Positions 31,208 to 41,117 of a stretch of 64,000 nucleotides of DNA are shown piece by piece. Source of the DNA: Acidobacteriota bacterium (GTDB lineage: Bacteria; Acidobacteriota; CAIWXX01); NCBI GenBank assembly GCA_040755995.1, contig JBFMAF010000003.1, positions 32,001 through 96,000 of the forward strand. Direction: 5' to 3'. The translations under genes and the position numbers were made by a program. Numbering within the stretch: the stretch's first letter is position 1; the number at the start of each line of letters is the position of its first letter. The notes below the pieces were generated by a model. That model was not told the DNA's origin. It did not search any database and was given only the letters and a program-made list of their open reading frames with translations.

Positions 31208-31986
31208 AGTATCCTCCAATCCCTTCAGGGCTACCGAAGAACACGCAGCCAACAACCTGGTTGGCGAGCCACGGGGGTTGACCCGTGGCGGCCAACGGCT
31301 CGCGTCGGCCATCGCGTTGAGGCCCGGGCCAGGCTGCAGACCAGGTCTCATGACGGGCGTTACTTCTTTCCTCACAAGGTTCCGGGTTGAGGAGAACTAA
31401 CCTCGACTCGCGTCAAGCGCGGTGAATGATCGATCCGCCTCAGCCCCGCATTGTTCACGAGCGAGACGGGTGTTTGCCTGCTCACGACCCGGCAAACGTC
31501 ATGCCAGCGCGCCATACACTTCTCTCCTTATCATAGTAGTGTCGCGAGCGCATGCGTATCTTGGTAGACGTGTAAGAGATGCGACTGGGCCTCCCGCGAG
31601 CGTTGCGCCAGGGGCTCCTGCCAGCGGTCGCGGGGTTCTGATGCAGGCATCGCCTTCCCGTGCAGCGGGCTGACTCCCCTCGCCCGGTGCTTCAATCCTT
31701 GCAAGCAGGTCCTCGTTCACGATGTCGTCGTGGCTTGAGCGTGGCTCGTCGATGAGAATTTCACGGGCACCGCAATTCGTAAGTAACAGAAAAACAAAGC
31801 ACCGGAACCACATCCAGCACGTGCTCCCCGTGACTGAGCCCGGGGTTGACCGGGTCGGCAGTCGGAGTACCAGAAGAATGCGGCGCCGCGGTCCAAGATT
31901 TCTGCCGCTGTCGAGACACTTATCACTCTAGGAGGGAGTTCGGTGACCAGTCTTGAACCTTGCGATAGGAAGGGAGCACGACGACG

Positions 31987-32790
31987 ATGCGGGCGAAATC
32001 GAAGCAATGGCCACTATCCATATTCTTACTGAAGGAGGAGCTGACCGATGTCGACGCTGCGGTGCGATCGGCTCGGGACATCCACCGGATACCTATCGGA
32101 CGAGGGCGGGGAACCGTCGGCCCCTTGTTCTACCGGTCGACGCCATTGCGGCCTCCGCGGTGGGCCGCGTTTTTCGGGAGCTATCTCGACGCAAAAGACA
32201 TACTGTGCGCCGGCGTCGCAGCTGCGCTGATTGTGCGCGCCGATGACAGGCTGTTCGCCGTGACATTCGGTACCGGTAGACACCTCCCGACTCCAGGGAC
32301 ATTCCAGGAGGGGTTCGGGCTTCGTGTAACCCTCAACTCCGTCAGCCCTGAGAGCATTCGTATGATTGCCCGAAAGACACTTGATGCAACTGGATGTCGT
32401 TCGAGGGAGCAGGCCAGTCGAAACATCCCTATCATCGAATTCGGTGTGGGCATCGGCGAGGAAGTACTCTGTGGCGTCATCGAGACCCCCCGAGGACAGC
32501 ACCCTCGGGATTCGCATCGCTGGCGCGGACGCCCTCTCCGTCAGCGTAGAAATGGATCTCGAGGATCTTCGATCACTGCTTGAAGCGTACTTGGTGCAAT
32601 CCAAGACGCCCACCTACAGGGAGAGATTCCCTCGGGTGGACAATATCCGCGAGGTTGGCGATCCCCGGATCTCTCAGGAGCTCGATGCACAGCTGGAGAC
32701 GAGAATTGGGAGCCGAGTCCTGGAGTGTGTCTGGATGGCTGTGCCGGAGCTGGGCGATTCGCACGACGTCGCAGATTGGACAACAGACCA
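31987..32790 (+). pseudogene. Frameshifted, truncated TIGR04141/DUF6119-like gene
   Basis: LSIFLLKE, PRWAAFF, FAVTFGTGRHL, GFGLRVTLNSV in one frame; continues as EDSTLGIRIAGADAL...FPRVDNIREV...WMAVPE in another frame after a C6 run at 32486-32491. Confidence 0.7.
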
Positions 32791-32935
32791 CGTTGTGCCG
32801 TGTGGACCGTGGGCGCTATACTCCTGTGAACGCGCCCTGATCTGGAGGAGGTGGAGATGCGCTGGGATCTGGCCCCGCACATGCTGTCCGTCCCTCCCGC
32901 TGTCGATTCACCTAGCATTCGTATGAGAGGGTACC

Positions 32936-35134
32936 ATGCCAATGCGATCAAGCCTCGTTATAGCTCACATCTCTGACCTGCACTATCCTCTCTGGGAGGA
33001 TGACGCCTGGCAGGATCTGAGAACCTACATCTCCTCGAAGAAGCCCGATTTGATAGTCGCCACTGGAGACCTAACAGACCATCCTTGGTCTCGGAAAGGA
33101 ACAAGAGACAAGTTGCTTGAGCTTGTGCGAGACTGTCAGCGGGTCAGAAACAATTCCGAAAGCCCCGCAGGAAAGGTGGTGCTGAGCGTAGTGCCCGGAA
33201 ATCATGACTACCGAATCTCTGGCATTCTCCCTTCGGCGTTTGGCAGAAGGCTCTTTGCCCGGGTTTTCAGCGAGCACTTCGGACGGTTCCTGGAACTGGA
33301 GGCGGGGGATTGCTTGGTCTATCTGTTCAGCTTCGACTCGAACCACTTGATGGCCGGCTGGGCGAAAGGCAGAGTCAGCGCCCGTCAGCTTAAGGGATTC
33401 GCTCGCACGATCAACAACCTGCGAACTGACGGGGAGAAATACAAGCGCGCGTATAAGATCGCGGTGCTACATCACCATCCGTTGCCGATTCTCCATGCGG
33501 GGCTGCTGGAGTCGTTCCTCGTTCTCATCAATGCGGGAGAGTTCCTTCGTCATATGGCTCAAGCTGGGGTGGATCTCATCTTGCACGGACACAGGCACCG
33601 CCGAGTTGTGTCGTTTCTGAATCTCGGATCAACGTCGGGTCTGAGGAGAAAGCTCTCTGTTGTAGCCAGTGGGACCACACTGATGAGGGGTGGCGGCGGG
33701 AGGGGCAATTCATGTAACGTGATCACTGTTCATGGTGACCATCTGGCTGTAGTCACCGAGGCTCTGAGGACGGGTGGAGCGGCTTTTGCTGAAGCCGATC
33801 CCGTCTTCTTGCCGCCATGGGAGGAGTACGTTGTGGATCGGTACCAGGACCTAGTTCGGTCACGGGGATACCGAATCGAAGCCATTAGCAAGTCCATCGT
33901 TATCGATGAGCAGGGATACGCTCGGGTAGAACTGAAGCTGGATCGAGTGGTGGTGGCGGACAGGATGGTGTTCAAGGGCGTCGAGCCATTGGAAGTGGAG
34001 GTAGAAAGGGGACGCATAGAGCATCTGGAGCTTACCGGATCACCGCACGCACCGAGCTTCCCGGTGCGAGGCGGCTCTCGGCATAAGACTATCGAGATAC
34101 CCCCGTCGGAACTCCTCAGAGGCAGTCCGCTGTCCTTGGCCGTTTCCTATTGGCATTTCAATTCTTGGGCTCTGGACACTGAACAGTTCAGAAGAAAATA
34201 CCCCCAGCGAAAGGAAGCTCGCGAGGAGTCCTGCTTTGAATGCATCCGACCGGTAAGAGTCTTCCATCAGATCATTGGCTTACCCAGAAACTGCAAGCTT
34301 GGCGAGCCTCCCGAGCTCATTGTCTACCGCATGATCAACGATGGAAAGAAGCCATTTCCGGAAGAGGACAGGCATCTCACAGAACACTTTTCATCATCAC
34401 TTCAGTTCTTTGAACGCGAGAATACCATCTCCTTGACGCTGAACCATCCCTTGCCGGGGTTCCGCTATGCCGTACGGTGGTGGCTGCCCAAGCCGTATGC
34501 GAGACAAGTCAGCCACGTGTACTCGGCCGAACAAGAACGCATGATTCAAGAGCTTCGAAAGGAAGCCAGCCACAGAAGACTCAACGAGTTGATGCGCAGA
34601 ATCGAGCGGGCAGCCAAAGATCAGTTGGGTATAGGGGATGCGGAGGAGATTGATGTCTCGTTTTCGATACCGGTCTACGAACCGGACAAGCCGGCTGCAA
34701 TGAAGTTCATTGCTTCAAATGACGCTAATCTTGCCATTTTGAGTTTGGAACTGGAGGTTGGCGACGGCGCGGCGGGGGCGGCTTATGAGGAGAATCGCAT
34801 CGTGTCCTTTGTTCGAAGAACCATCGACCCGCGTGATCCTAAGAACAACATCTACGTCGAGTTCGGGACGTATCAGCACCAGGCGCTATACGCAGTGCCA
34901 GTCCGGCATCCACTCGATAGAGAGCTGGTCATAGGAGTTCTGTCAGTGGGTTCGCAGCAGGTCAACTCCAAGTTGATTCCTGATAGCAAGGAGAAGCGTG
35001 AAATGATCGGAAACACAATCCAGGGGATCGCCTGTGAGCTCATGATCGGCGCGCTTTGCGCGCTTTATCCTGGCATTCTCACCGTGCACCCTCCCACCGG
35101 GGCGATCCCGGCATCGGCATCCCAGCCAGCTTGA
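32936..35134 (+). CDS. Calcineurin-like metallophosphoesterase fused to an unknown beta-rich domain and a C-terminal GAF-like domain
   Basis: HISDLH, TGDLT, PGNHD, LHHHP and LHGHRH motifs all intact; C-terminal GDGAAGAAY...YAVPV...IGVLSV resembles GAF. Confidence 0.78.
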   Translation: MPMRSSLVIAHISDLHYPLWEDDAWQDLRTYISSKKPDLIVATGDLTDHPWSRKGTRDKLLELVRDCQRVRNNSESPAGKVVLSVVPGNHDYRISGILPSAFGRRLFARVFSEHFGRFLELEAGDCLVYLFSFDSNHLMAGWAKGRVSARQLKGFARTINNLRTDGEKYKRAYKIAVLHHHPLPILHAGLLESFLVLINAGEFLRHMAQAGVDLILHGHRHRRVVSFLNLGSTSGLRRKLSVVASGTTLMRGGGGRGNSCNVITVHGDHLAVVTEALRTGGAAFAEADPVFLPPWEEYVVDRYQDLVRSRGYRIEAISKSIVIDEQGYARVELKLDRVVVADRMVFKGVEPLEVEVERGRIEHLELTGSPHAPSFPVRGGSRHKTIEIPPSELLRGSPLSLAVSYWHFNSWALDTEQFRRKYPQRKEAREESCFECIRPVRVFHQIIGLPRNCKLGEPPELIVYRMINDGKKPFPEEDRHLTEHFSSSLQFFERENTISLTLNHPLPGFRYAVRWWLPKPYARQVSHVYSAEQERMIQELRKEASHRRLNELMRRIERAAKDQLGIGDAEEIDVSFSIPVYEPDKPAAMKFIASNDANLAILSLELEVGDGAAGAAYEENRIVSFVRRTIDPRDPKNNIYVEFGTYQHQALYAVPVRHPLDRELVIGVLSVGSQQVNSKLIPDSKEKREMIGNTIQGIACELMIGALCALYPGILTVHPPTGAIPASASQPA

Positions 35135-35159
35135 CAGCGACTTGCATGGGTGATAGCAT
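35131..35159 (+). promoter_or_regulatory. Putative sigma70 promoter for the 49-aa ORF
   Basis: TTGACA-17 bp-TAGCAT with an extended -10 TG; the -35 overlaps the upstream stop codon. Confidence 0.5.
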
Positions 35160-35177
35160 AAGATGAGGAGATTCTCA

Positions 35178-35327
35178 ATGATTGTTGACTCACGGGATGA
35201 CGGAGGCGGACACGTCAGCTACGATTTTACGATAGAAGCCCCTGAAGAGACCATCGAAGACAGCAGTCTTTATAAGCAGGGATTGGACATAGGCAAGGAC
35301 ATCCGCAGCGAAGTGCCCGAAGAATAG
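35178..35327 (+). CDS. 49-aa acidic small protein (below the ORF-track cutoff)
   Basis: GAGGAG RBS 7 nt before ATG; MIVDSRDDGGGHVSYDFTIEAPEETIEDSSLYKQGLDIGKDIRSEVPEE. Confidence 0.6.
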   Translation: MIVDSRDDGGGHVSYDFTIEAPEETIEDSSLYKQGLDIGKDIRSEVPEE

Positions 35328-35443
35328 GCGGCAGCCAAGCCCGGCAAGCGGACTACGCCTCACCCATCCAGAAGTGAGAACGGGCGGATTGCCCGTTTCT
35401 GACGAGATTCGAGCGGACCACGCACTGGTCCATTCCACGGTCG

Positions 35444-35899
35444 TCACGGGCGCGACTTGCCTCCTGGCCGCTGACGCGATGCGCGAGACCGTGCCAGAGC
35501 GCCCCTGATTCGTCGAACGCAGCGCGACTCGTTCCTGTGCGTGAGTTCGTGCTGCCATATGCGAACGACACGCCATCCCGCCTTCCGCAGCGCACGCGTC
35601 ACGCGCCGGTCCCGGGCTTTGTTGGCCGCCAGCTTCCTCTGCCAGAAGGCGCGATTCGAGTCTGGCAGATGCGAGTGCTCTGGGCAGCAGTGCCAGAAGC
35701 ACCCGTCCACGAATACAGCCACATTACTCCCGGGGAAGACGAAATCGGGTCTGCCGTATAGCGGCCAGCGTCGTCGCCACCCGGAAATCTTGTGGTGTCG
35801 GAACAACCCGATCAATGCGAGTTCGGTCTTCTTGTTGCACCCTCCACGAACGTGGGACATGATCAACGCACGCTTGGCCTTGCTGTAGATGTCTGCCAC
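35444..35899 (-). CDS. vsr: Very short patch repair endonuclease
   Basis: MADIYSKAKR..IMS, GRPDFVF, VFVDGCFWH, FW..K...NKARD, GWRVVRIW. Confidence 0.92.
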   Translation of the reverse strand: MADIYSKAKRALIMSHVRGGCNKKTELALIGLFRHHKISGWRRRWPLYGRPDFVFPGSNVAVFVDGCFWHCCPEHSHLPDSNRAFWQRKLAANKARDRRVTRALRKAGWRVVRIWQHELTHRNESRCVRRIRGALARSRASRQRPGGKSRP

Positions 35900-35913
35900 T
35901 TTCCGTCGACAGT

Positions 35914-36990
35914 CTACGGGGCGAAACTGTGATCCTCTTGGAGCCGTGCTTCCCGGGCTCCGACCCCAGCCAGACGCAGGATTTGCTCTCCGATGGCTTC
36001 GCCTAATTTCACGGGGACCGCATTTCCGATCTGGGCTGCCAACGCTCCCATCGAGGGCCCGTAGAAGATGAAGTCATCCTCGAAAGATTGCAGCCGCGCC
36101 GCCTCCCTTACTGAGATGGCACGGTCCTGTTCAGGGTGTCCATACCTTCCGTTGGAAAGACTGACGCAACGGCATGTGAGCGCAGGCGCTGGCGCGTCCC
36201 AGCGCATCCGGCCGTATACGTCCGTATGACCGTCGTAGTTCTCCGAGTGACAGGGCAAAGCGAGGGAGCGCGGCCAATGCAATCGTCCACCGCCATCCTG
36301 GGGGGTCGCGCGGAGTCGACGGAGGTTGAGATCCGAGAGTCCGGCCGCTCGATGATTGGGAACGGTTGGGTCGGTCGAGCCGGCCTGGATTCTCGGATAG
36401 CCATAGATGGCCTCCCTGACAGTGCAATACGGCAGCCCCCCGGGCCCGTGCGTTCGCGGAGGCAGCGCAGCTTGCACTCCCAGCGCGGCAAGAACCAGCC
36501 AGCGGCAGCGCGTCTGCGGCACGCCGAAGAACTTGGAATCAGATCGACCCTCGGCCACTGAGTAGCCAAGCGACTCGAGGCGGCTCAGTAAGCGCCGGTA
36601 GGTGCTGTTTCCCGGCACCCTCACAATACCGGGTACGTTCTCCACTACCACGAACCGCGGCCTGAACTCGGCGACAAGCGCCGAAAAGGCACCGAGAAGG
36701 GTCCGATCCCGCCTGTCGCCGACCACGCGTCTTTGTTTGCTGAAGGGCTGGCACGGAGCACACGCCGCGAACACCAGCAGGTCGGGCGGGATGCCGTCGA
36801 CGAGCGCCGCGACATCCTGGCGTGTCATCTCCCGGAGATCGCACGCAACGAATCTTGCCGGAGCGTTGTTTTCCTCGTACGTCCGACGACACCCTTCGTC
36901 CACATCTATGCCTGCCACGACCTTGATTCCCACGTTGAGGAATCCTCGTGTCAGCCCGCCTGCGCCGCAAAAAAAGTCCAGAGCGAACAT
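35914..36990 (-). CDS. dcm: C5 DNA cytosine methyltransferase
   Basis: DFFCGAGG, APCQPFS, VENVPG, GVPQTR.R, ISVREAARLQSF, QIGNAVP. Confidence 0.93.
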   Translation of the reverse strand: MFALDFFCGAGGLTRGFLNVGIKVVAGIDVDEGCRRTYEENNAPARFVACDLREMTRQDVAALVDGIPPDLLVFAACAPCQPFSKQRRVVGDRRDRTLLGAFSALVAEFRPRFVVVENVPGIVRVPGNSTYRRLLSRLESLGYSVAEGRSDSKFFGVPQTRCRWLVLAALGVQAALPPRTHGPGGLPYCTVREAIYGYPRIQAGSTDPTVPNHRAAGLSDLNLRRLRATPQDGGGRLHWPRSLALPCHSENYDGHTDVYGRMRWDAPAPALTCRCVSLSNGRYGHPEQDRAISVREAARLQSFEDDFIFYGPSMGALAAQIGNAVPVKLGEAIGEQILRLAGVGAREARLQEDHSFAP

Positions 36991-36998
36991 GAGCCGAG

Positions 36999-38114
36999 TC
37001 AGGCGCCCTTGCCCGCCTTGATCGTCCGAATGATCTTCTCTGTGAAGTCGGCTGCGTTGGTCACGGGCATTGCCGGCCTTCCGCACACTTGTACGTAGGC
37101 CCATGCGAGCTGTTCGCGGAATGGGCTGTCAATGGAGCAGACTCGTACGAAGTCGCGCCCGGCATCCCCGTCTGTTAGGTCGATGGCAGTCAACGGAACC
37201 AGATGAAGATCTTTCAGATCGACCGCCATCAGCGGGATGTGATCCGGGAGGCCCGGGAGGATTCTCACGCCTTCTTGTTGGTCGCGTGTGACCTCCTTCG
37301 GTAGCCTCTCTCGCAACTTCTTCTCAGCCGTCGTGGCGTCAAGACCCACCTTCTTGAGCCACTTCGAGACACGATCGCAGCGGGCAACCAGGGCCTTCTC
37401 GACCGCGCCCTGGCTCACAACCAGGTCGCAGGAAGGCGAAAGAACTACACGAAAGGCGCTTGGCTCGTCCGGGTCTCCCCTCGTTTCCCGCAGTATGTCT
37501 CCAGTCAACAGGTCCGAACTCAGAGGGGGATAGATGTACTGCTCCCAGGCTTGCATCCGCGTGCCCCCGTAGGTCGGCGAGTCAAACGAAGCCGCCAGCC
37601 GCCTGCGAGTGAGACGAACGAGAATATCGCGCCGGTCATTCTCATTCGCCGCCTCCTTCCATACCAGGAGGCTGACATGCCGGAGTGATTCGGCTGCCTT
37701 CATGGCGACTTCATCATTGAATGCACGAAGACTGTCGACATGGGTGCGGTATGATGCCAGCTTGTCAACCACTCGCTCCTGGCTGTCCGCTGTCTTGGGC
37801 TGGAAGCACACGAACGGATGCTGTTGTTTCCCCTCCAGGAACGTAGGCATGTCGCGGGCGCTGTGAACGACGACGGGGCAGAAGTGGACGTCCCAAATGT
37901 GCTCCCAGGTGGCCCCCGCACTTGCCGTCGATCCTGTTTGGTCCTCGAAGACGTCCATGATCACAGCATCGGGTCGCAGCGACTCCACAGTGGTCCTGGC
38001 TTTCTCGAAGCCCGTCCCCTCCACCTTGACGTCGTCCAAACGTGTTTCAAGAACCGACCTCAGACTGTCGATCATGGTGGGGTCGTCCTCGATGATGAGA
38101 ACAGTGAACCTCAT
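36999..38114 (-). CDS. Receiver-domain protein with an uncharacterised C-terminal domain
   Basis: VLIIEDD, VIMDV, VVHSA, QPK receiver motifs; C-terminal LLTGDIL...VVLSPSCDL. Confidence 0.8.
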   Translation of the reverse strand: MRFTVLIIEDDPTMIDSLRSVLETRLDDVKVEGTGFEKARTTVESLRPDAVIMDVFEDQTGSTASAGATWEHIWDVHFCPVVVHSARDMPTFLEGKQQHPFVCFQPKTADSQERVVDKLASYRTHVDSLRAFNDEVAMKAAESLRHVSLLVWKEAANENDRRDILVRLTRRRLAASFDSPTYGGTRMQAWEQYIYPPLSSDLLTGDILRETRGDPDEPSAFRVVLSPSCDLVVSQGAVEKALVARCDRVSKWLKKVGLDATTAEKKLRERLPKEVTRDQQEGVRILPGLPDHIPLMAVDLKDLHLVPLTAIDLTDGDAGRDFVRVCSIDSPFREQLAWAYVQVCGRPAMPVTNAADFTEKIIRTIKAGKGA

Positions 38115-38123
38115 GTCAGTTGG

Positions 38124-40292
38124 TCACCTCGAAGCAATGGGCAGGTCGAACCTGAACGTTGCTCCGCCCAGCTTCCCGGGGCTCTTCACGCCCATCTTTC
38201 CCCCATGACCGAGGATTACTTCCGAGGCTATCGTGAGCCCCATCCCAAAGCCATTGGGGCGTCTCGTGACTCCCGGTAGGAAGATGCGAGTCTGGTCTTC
38301 CCGATCAACGCCCGGCCCCGAATCGTGTAGGAGGCACAGTATCCGCCCCGCCTCCCCTGTCGGCCGGGTTTCGAGAAGAATCCTTCGGGTCCCGTCCTTG
38401 GTGCGTCCCAGCCAGTACAACGTATTGTCGAGCAGGTTGTACAGCACAGTCCACAACTCACCGGGGTCGATCCTGAGCGAGTCAACACCCCTTAGGCTCG
38501 TATCGCACCTGACGCCCAGTTGGCGCAGTTCACCGCCCTTCGCTTCGAGGCATGCAGTCCATATCTCCCGTACAGACGCCTCGCGTTTGCCTCGCGCGAA
38601 GGTGCGACTCGCCAGAGGTCGGAACAACTCTGCCAAGCGACCCAGCGCCTGTACTGCTCGCTCGGCAAGCTCGGTGTGCTTCTGCAAGAGTGTAACATCG
38701 CGATTCGAACCCACGAAGAAGTCACGAACAAGCCGCAGGAACGCCCCGATGATGCTTACATTGTGCCCCACTTCGTGAACGAGTTTCTGAGCGATCGTCC
38801 CGATGCTAGCCAACCGGCTGTAGTAGCTGAACGTGGTCTGCAACTCCTTTTGGATCCGTTCTACCTTGCCGCCATAGTCCGCCAACAAGGGCACCATCTC
38901 GGAGGCAGACCCACCCTCTGCCACGACCTCCCGCGCCTGGGCGAGCAGTGGCTCCGGTGAGAGCTCGCGAAACATGTCGTGCATCGGCTTCTCCTCGGTT
39001 ACCTTGTCCTGGGCCCGTTCGGCCTCAAGGACACTGACCGTGTAGAGCAGCACATGTCGGAATTCCTTCGCCTCGGGTGTGTCAACGAGCCTCTCCCGAT
39101 CGCTCGTGTCCTCGATCTTCGTGTTCACCTCAGCCGAAATCGCAACATAGCCGACTATCTGGCTGGTACTTAGGCGACGCCCAACCAGGCTGACACGCCG
39201 AAGATCAAGGCCGAGCCAGTCCCGGTTCGTCTCGGACTTCGGCAGAACCAGGACCCCATCGCGATACAGAGAGAGACCTTTGAAGGACCGGATCTGACTC
39301 CTGAGATCCGAACGCGAAATGGAGAAGAGCTGTTCAGCCTCTTCGATGCTTTCCTTCTCAAAGTCCCAAGCGCGGACCTCGAAATCGAACGGCCCACACG
39401 TGGGCCTCAGCTCGTCTGCCACCTTGAAGTCGTAGTACCGCTCCAGGTCCGTCCGGATTTCGCGCCACGAGTAAGAGTTCCTCTGACGTGATCTGCCGCG
39501 TCCGTGGTATGGACGGAAAACATACTTGTACGACAGCTTTCCATCCGCCCCGAACTCACCCGTCAGGCGGTAGACCGGCTTGTCCAAGAACTCCGAGGTC
39601 TTGACCTCCATCGGGACCGCTAGCGAGCCGGGAGCCGTGAGGTAGATGGTGAAATCCAGCAGCTTGGAGAACGGTGATACCAAGCGGGAAAGCCCTTCAC
39701 GTAGCTCCTCCACTCGTTCGGGCGTCCACGAGGACTTCAGAAAGATGCGCAGTCTGGTTCCCGATTCGTGGGAGAGGTCCTCAGGTGGGTGTGCAGCACG
39801 GCGTGCAGAACACACGTTGATGTCTTGTGCGTTCGCGAGGTCATCCCATGACACATCCACCTTCCAGCACTGCCCGCCGGCGGTCTTCGTGACAAGTTCC
39901 AGCCGTGTCCCGAGTCTGGCGACCGACAGACGTCCCAGTCCCTTTGCGCCGGTCACGCGTCGCAGTGCATCTCCGCGCCTGGAGTGCTTCGCTGTCAGCC
40001 GGAATGGGGTTGCGACCGTGCACCATACCTCGTCTATGGTCTTGTCGTCCATGCCGTGGCCATTGTCTTCAACTTCGAGCACCGGCCGGCCAGTTTCGTC
40101 CTGGGTGAAGCGCACGTCAACTCTACGCGCGAAAGCGTCGTAAGAGTTCTTCACCTGTTCGATCACGGCAACGACATCGCTTGTGACGAGGTCGGCGCCC
40201 AGAGCAGCGAAGACACGCGGATGCAACTTGAATGGAACGTGAATCCCGGCTGGGCGTTCGCTCTCAGACTTGCTCTGAGATGCCATCTTCAT
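38124..40292 (-). CDS. MORC/MutL-type GHKL ATPase fused to a histidine kinase
   Basis: N-terminal EQVKNSYDA, EDNGHGM, GAKGLGRL; C-terminal HEVGH H-box, NLLDN, HDSGPGV, GFGMGL, GATF. Confidence 0.88.
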   Translation of the reverse strand: MKMASQSKSESERPAGIHVPFKLHPRVFAALGADLVTSDVVAVIEQVKNSYDAFARRVDVRFTQDETGRPVLEVEDNGHGMDDKTIDEVWCTVATPFRLTAKHSRRGDALRRVTGAKGLGRLSVARLGTRLELVTKTAGGQCWKVDVSWDDLANAQDINVCSARRAAHPPEDLSHESGTRLRIFLKSSWTPERVEELREGLSRLVSPFSKLLDFTIYLTAPGSLAVPMEVKTSEFLDKPVYRLTGEFGADGKLSYKYVFRPYHGRGRSRQRNSYSWREIRTDLERYYDFKVADELRPTCGPFDFEVRAWDFEKESIEEAEQLFSISRSDLRSQIRSFKGLSLYRDGVLVLPKSETNRDWLGLDLRRVSLVGRRLSTSQIVGYVAISAEVNTKIEDTSDRERLVDTPEAKEFRHVLLYTVSVLEAERAQDKVTEEKPMHDMFRELSPEPLLAQAREVVAEGGSASEMVPLLADYGGKVERIQKELQTTFSYYSRLASIGTIAQKLVHEVGHNVSIIGAFLRLVRDFFVGSNRDVTLLQKHTELAERAVQALGRLAELFRPLASRTFARGKREASVREIWTACLEAKGGELRQLGVRCDTSLRGVDSLRIDPGELWTVLYNLLDNTLYWLGRTKDGTRRILLETRPTGEAGRILCLLHDSGPGVDREDQTRIFLPGVTRRPNGFGMGLTIASEVILGHGGKMGVKSPGKLGGATFRFDLPIASR

Positions 40293-40362
40293 GGGCGTCC
40301 TACGTTCGACCGGAACTAGCATCAAGAGTATCACGGAGTCCGATGTAGCGACAAGTGTGTCT

Positions 40363-40386
40363 CGTGGATGCGTGGATGCGTGGATG
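40363..40386. repeat. Perfect octamer tandem repeat (CGTGGATG)x3
   Basis: Directly visible between the livF stop and the GHKL gene start. Confidence 0.75.
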
Positions 40387-40407
40387 GTCTATTCCTCTCA
40401 TCGAGAG

Positions 40408-41109
40408 TCAGAGAAAAAGCTCCTTCAGTTTCGCATCATCGCGCTTCAGATCATCTGGCGATCCATCGAAGGCCATCTTGCCGAGCTTCATCGAATACAC
40501 CCGGTTGCAGATTCCCAAGACTTGGCGGACTTTCTGCTCAACGACTAGAGTGGTGACTCCGCTCCCGCGGTTGATCTCTGCGATTGTCGCAAAAACGGTT
40601 CTGACAAGATCGGGCGACAGGCCGAGGGATGGTTCGTCAAGCATCAGCAGCTTCGGCTCAGGAACGAGAGCGCGCGACAACGCCAGCATCTGTTGCTGGC
40701 CGCTAGAGAGCCTGCCGGCGTCCTGGTTGATGCGCTCTTTGAGTGTCGGGAAAAGGTCCAACACGTACGCGATGCGTTCTCTGGCTGTCTTTCGTTGAAG
40801 CTGGTACCCCGCGATTTCGAGGTTCTCCATCACCGTTAGGTCGTGGAAGACGCGGCTTCCTTGGGGTGCGTAGACAATCCCGCGAGAGACGTTGTGCGCG
40901 GGCGTAGCACCTGCGGTCGACGACCCGCAAAAACGTATCTCGCCCTTCCATGGCGGAACCAAGCCGCACACGGCTTTCAGCACGGTGGACTTACCCGCCC
41001 CGTTGGGCCCTATGAGCGCTACGACCTCACCCTGACGGACCTCCAAGGACAGACCGAAAAGTACCTGCTTCTTGCCATATCCGGTCTCCAGCCTCCCGAT
41101 TTCCAACAT
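40408..41109 (-). CDS. livF: Liv-type ABC transporter ATP-binding protein
   Basis: GPNGAGKST, LSSGQQQMLA, LDEPSLGLSP, VEQ. Confidence 0.9.
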   Translation of the reverse strand: MLEIGRLETGYGKKQVLFGLSLEVRQGEVVALIGPNGAGKSTVLKAVCGLVPPWKGEIRFCGSSTAGATPAHNVSRGIVYAPQGSRVFHDLTVMENLEIAGYQLQRKTARERIAYVLDLFPTLKERINQDAGRLSSGQQQMLALSRALVPEPKLLMLDEPSLGLSPDLVRTVFATIAEINRGSGVTTLVVEQKVRQVLGICNRVYSMKLGKMAFDGSPDDLKRDDAKLKELFL

Positions 41110-41117
41110 CTGGATGC

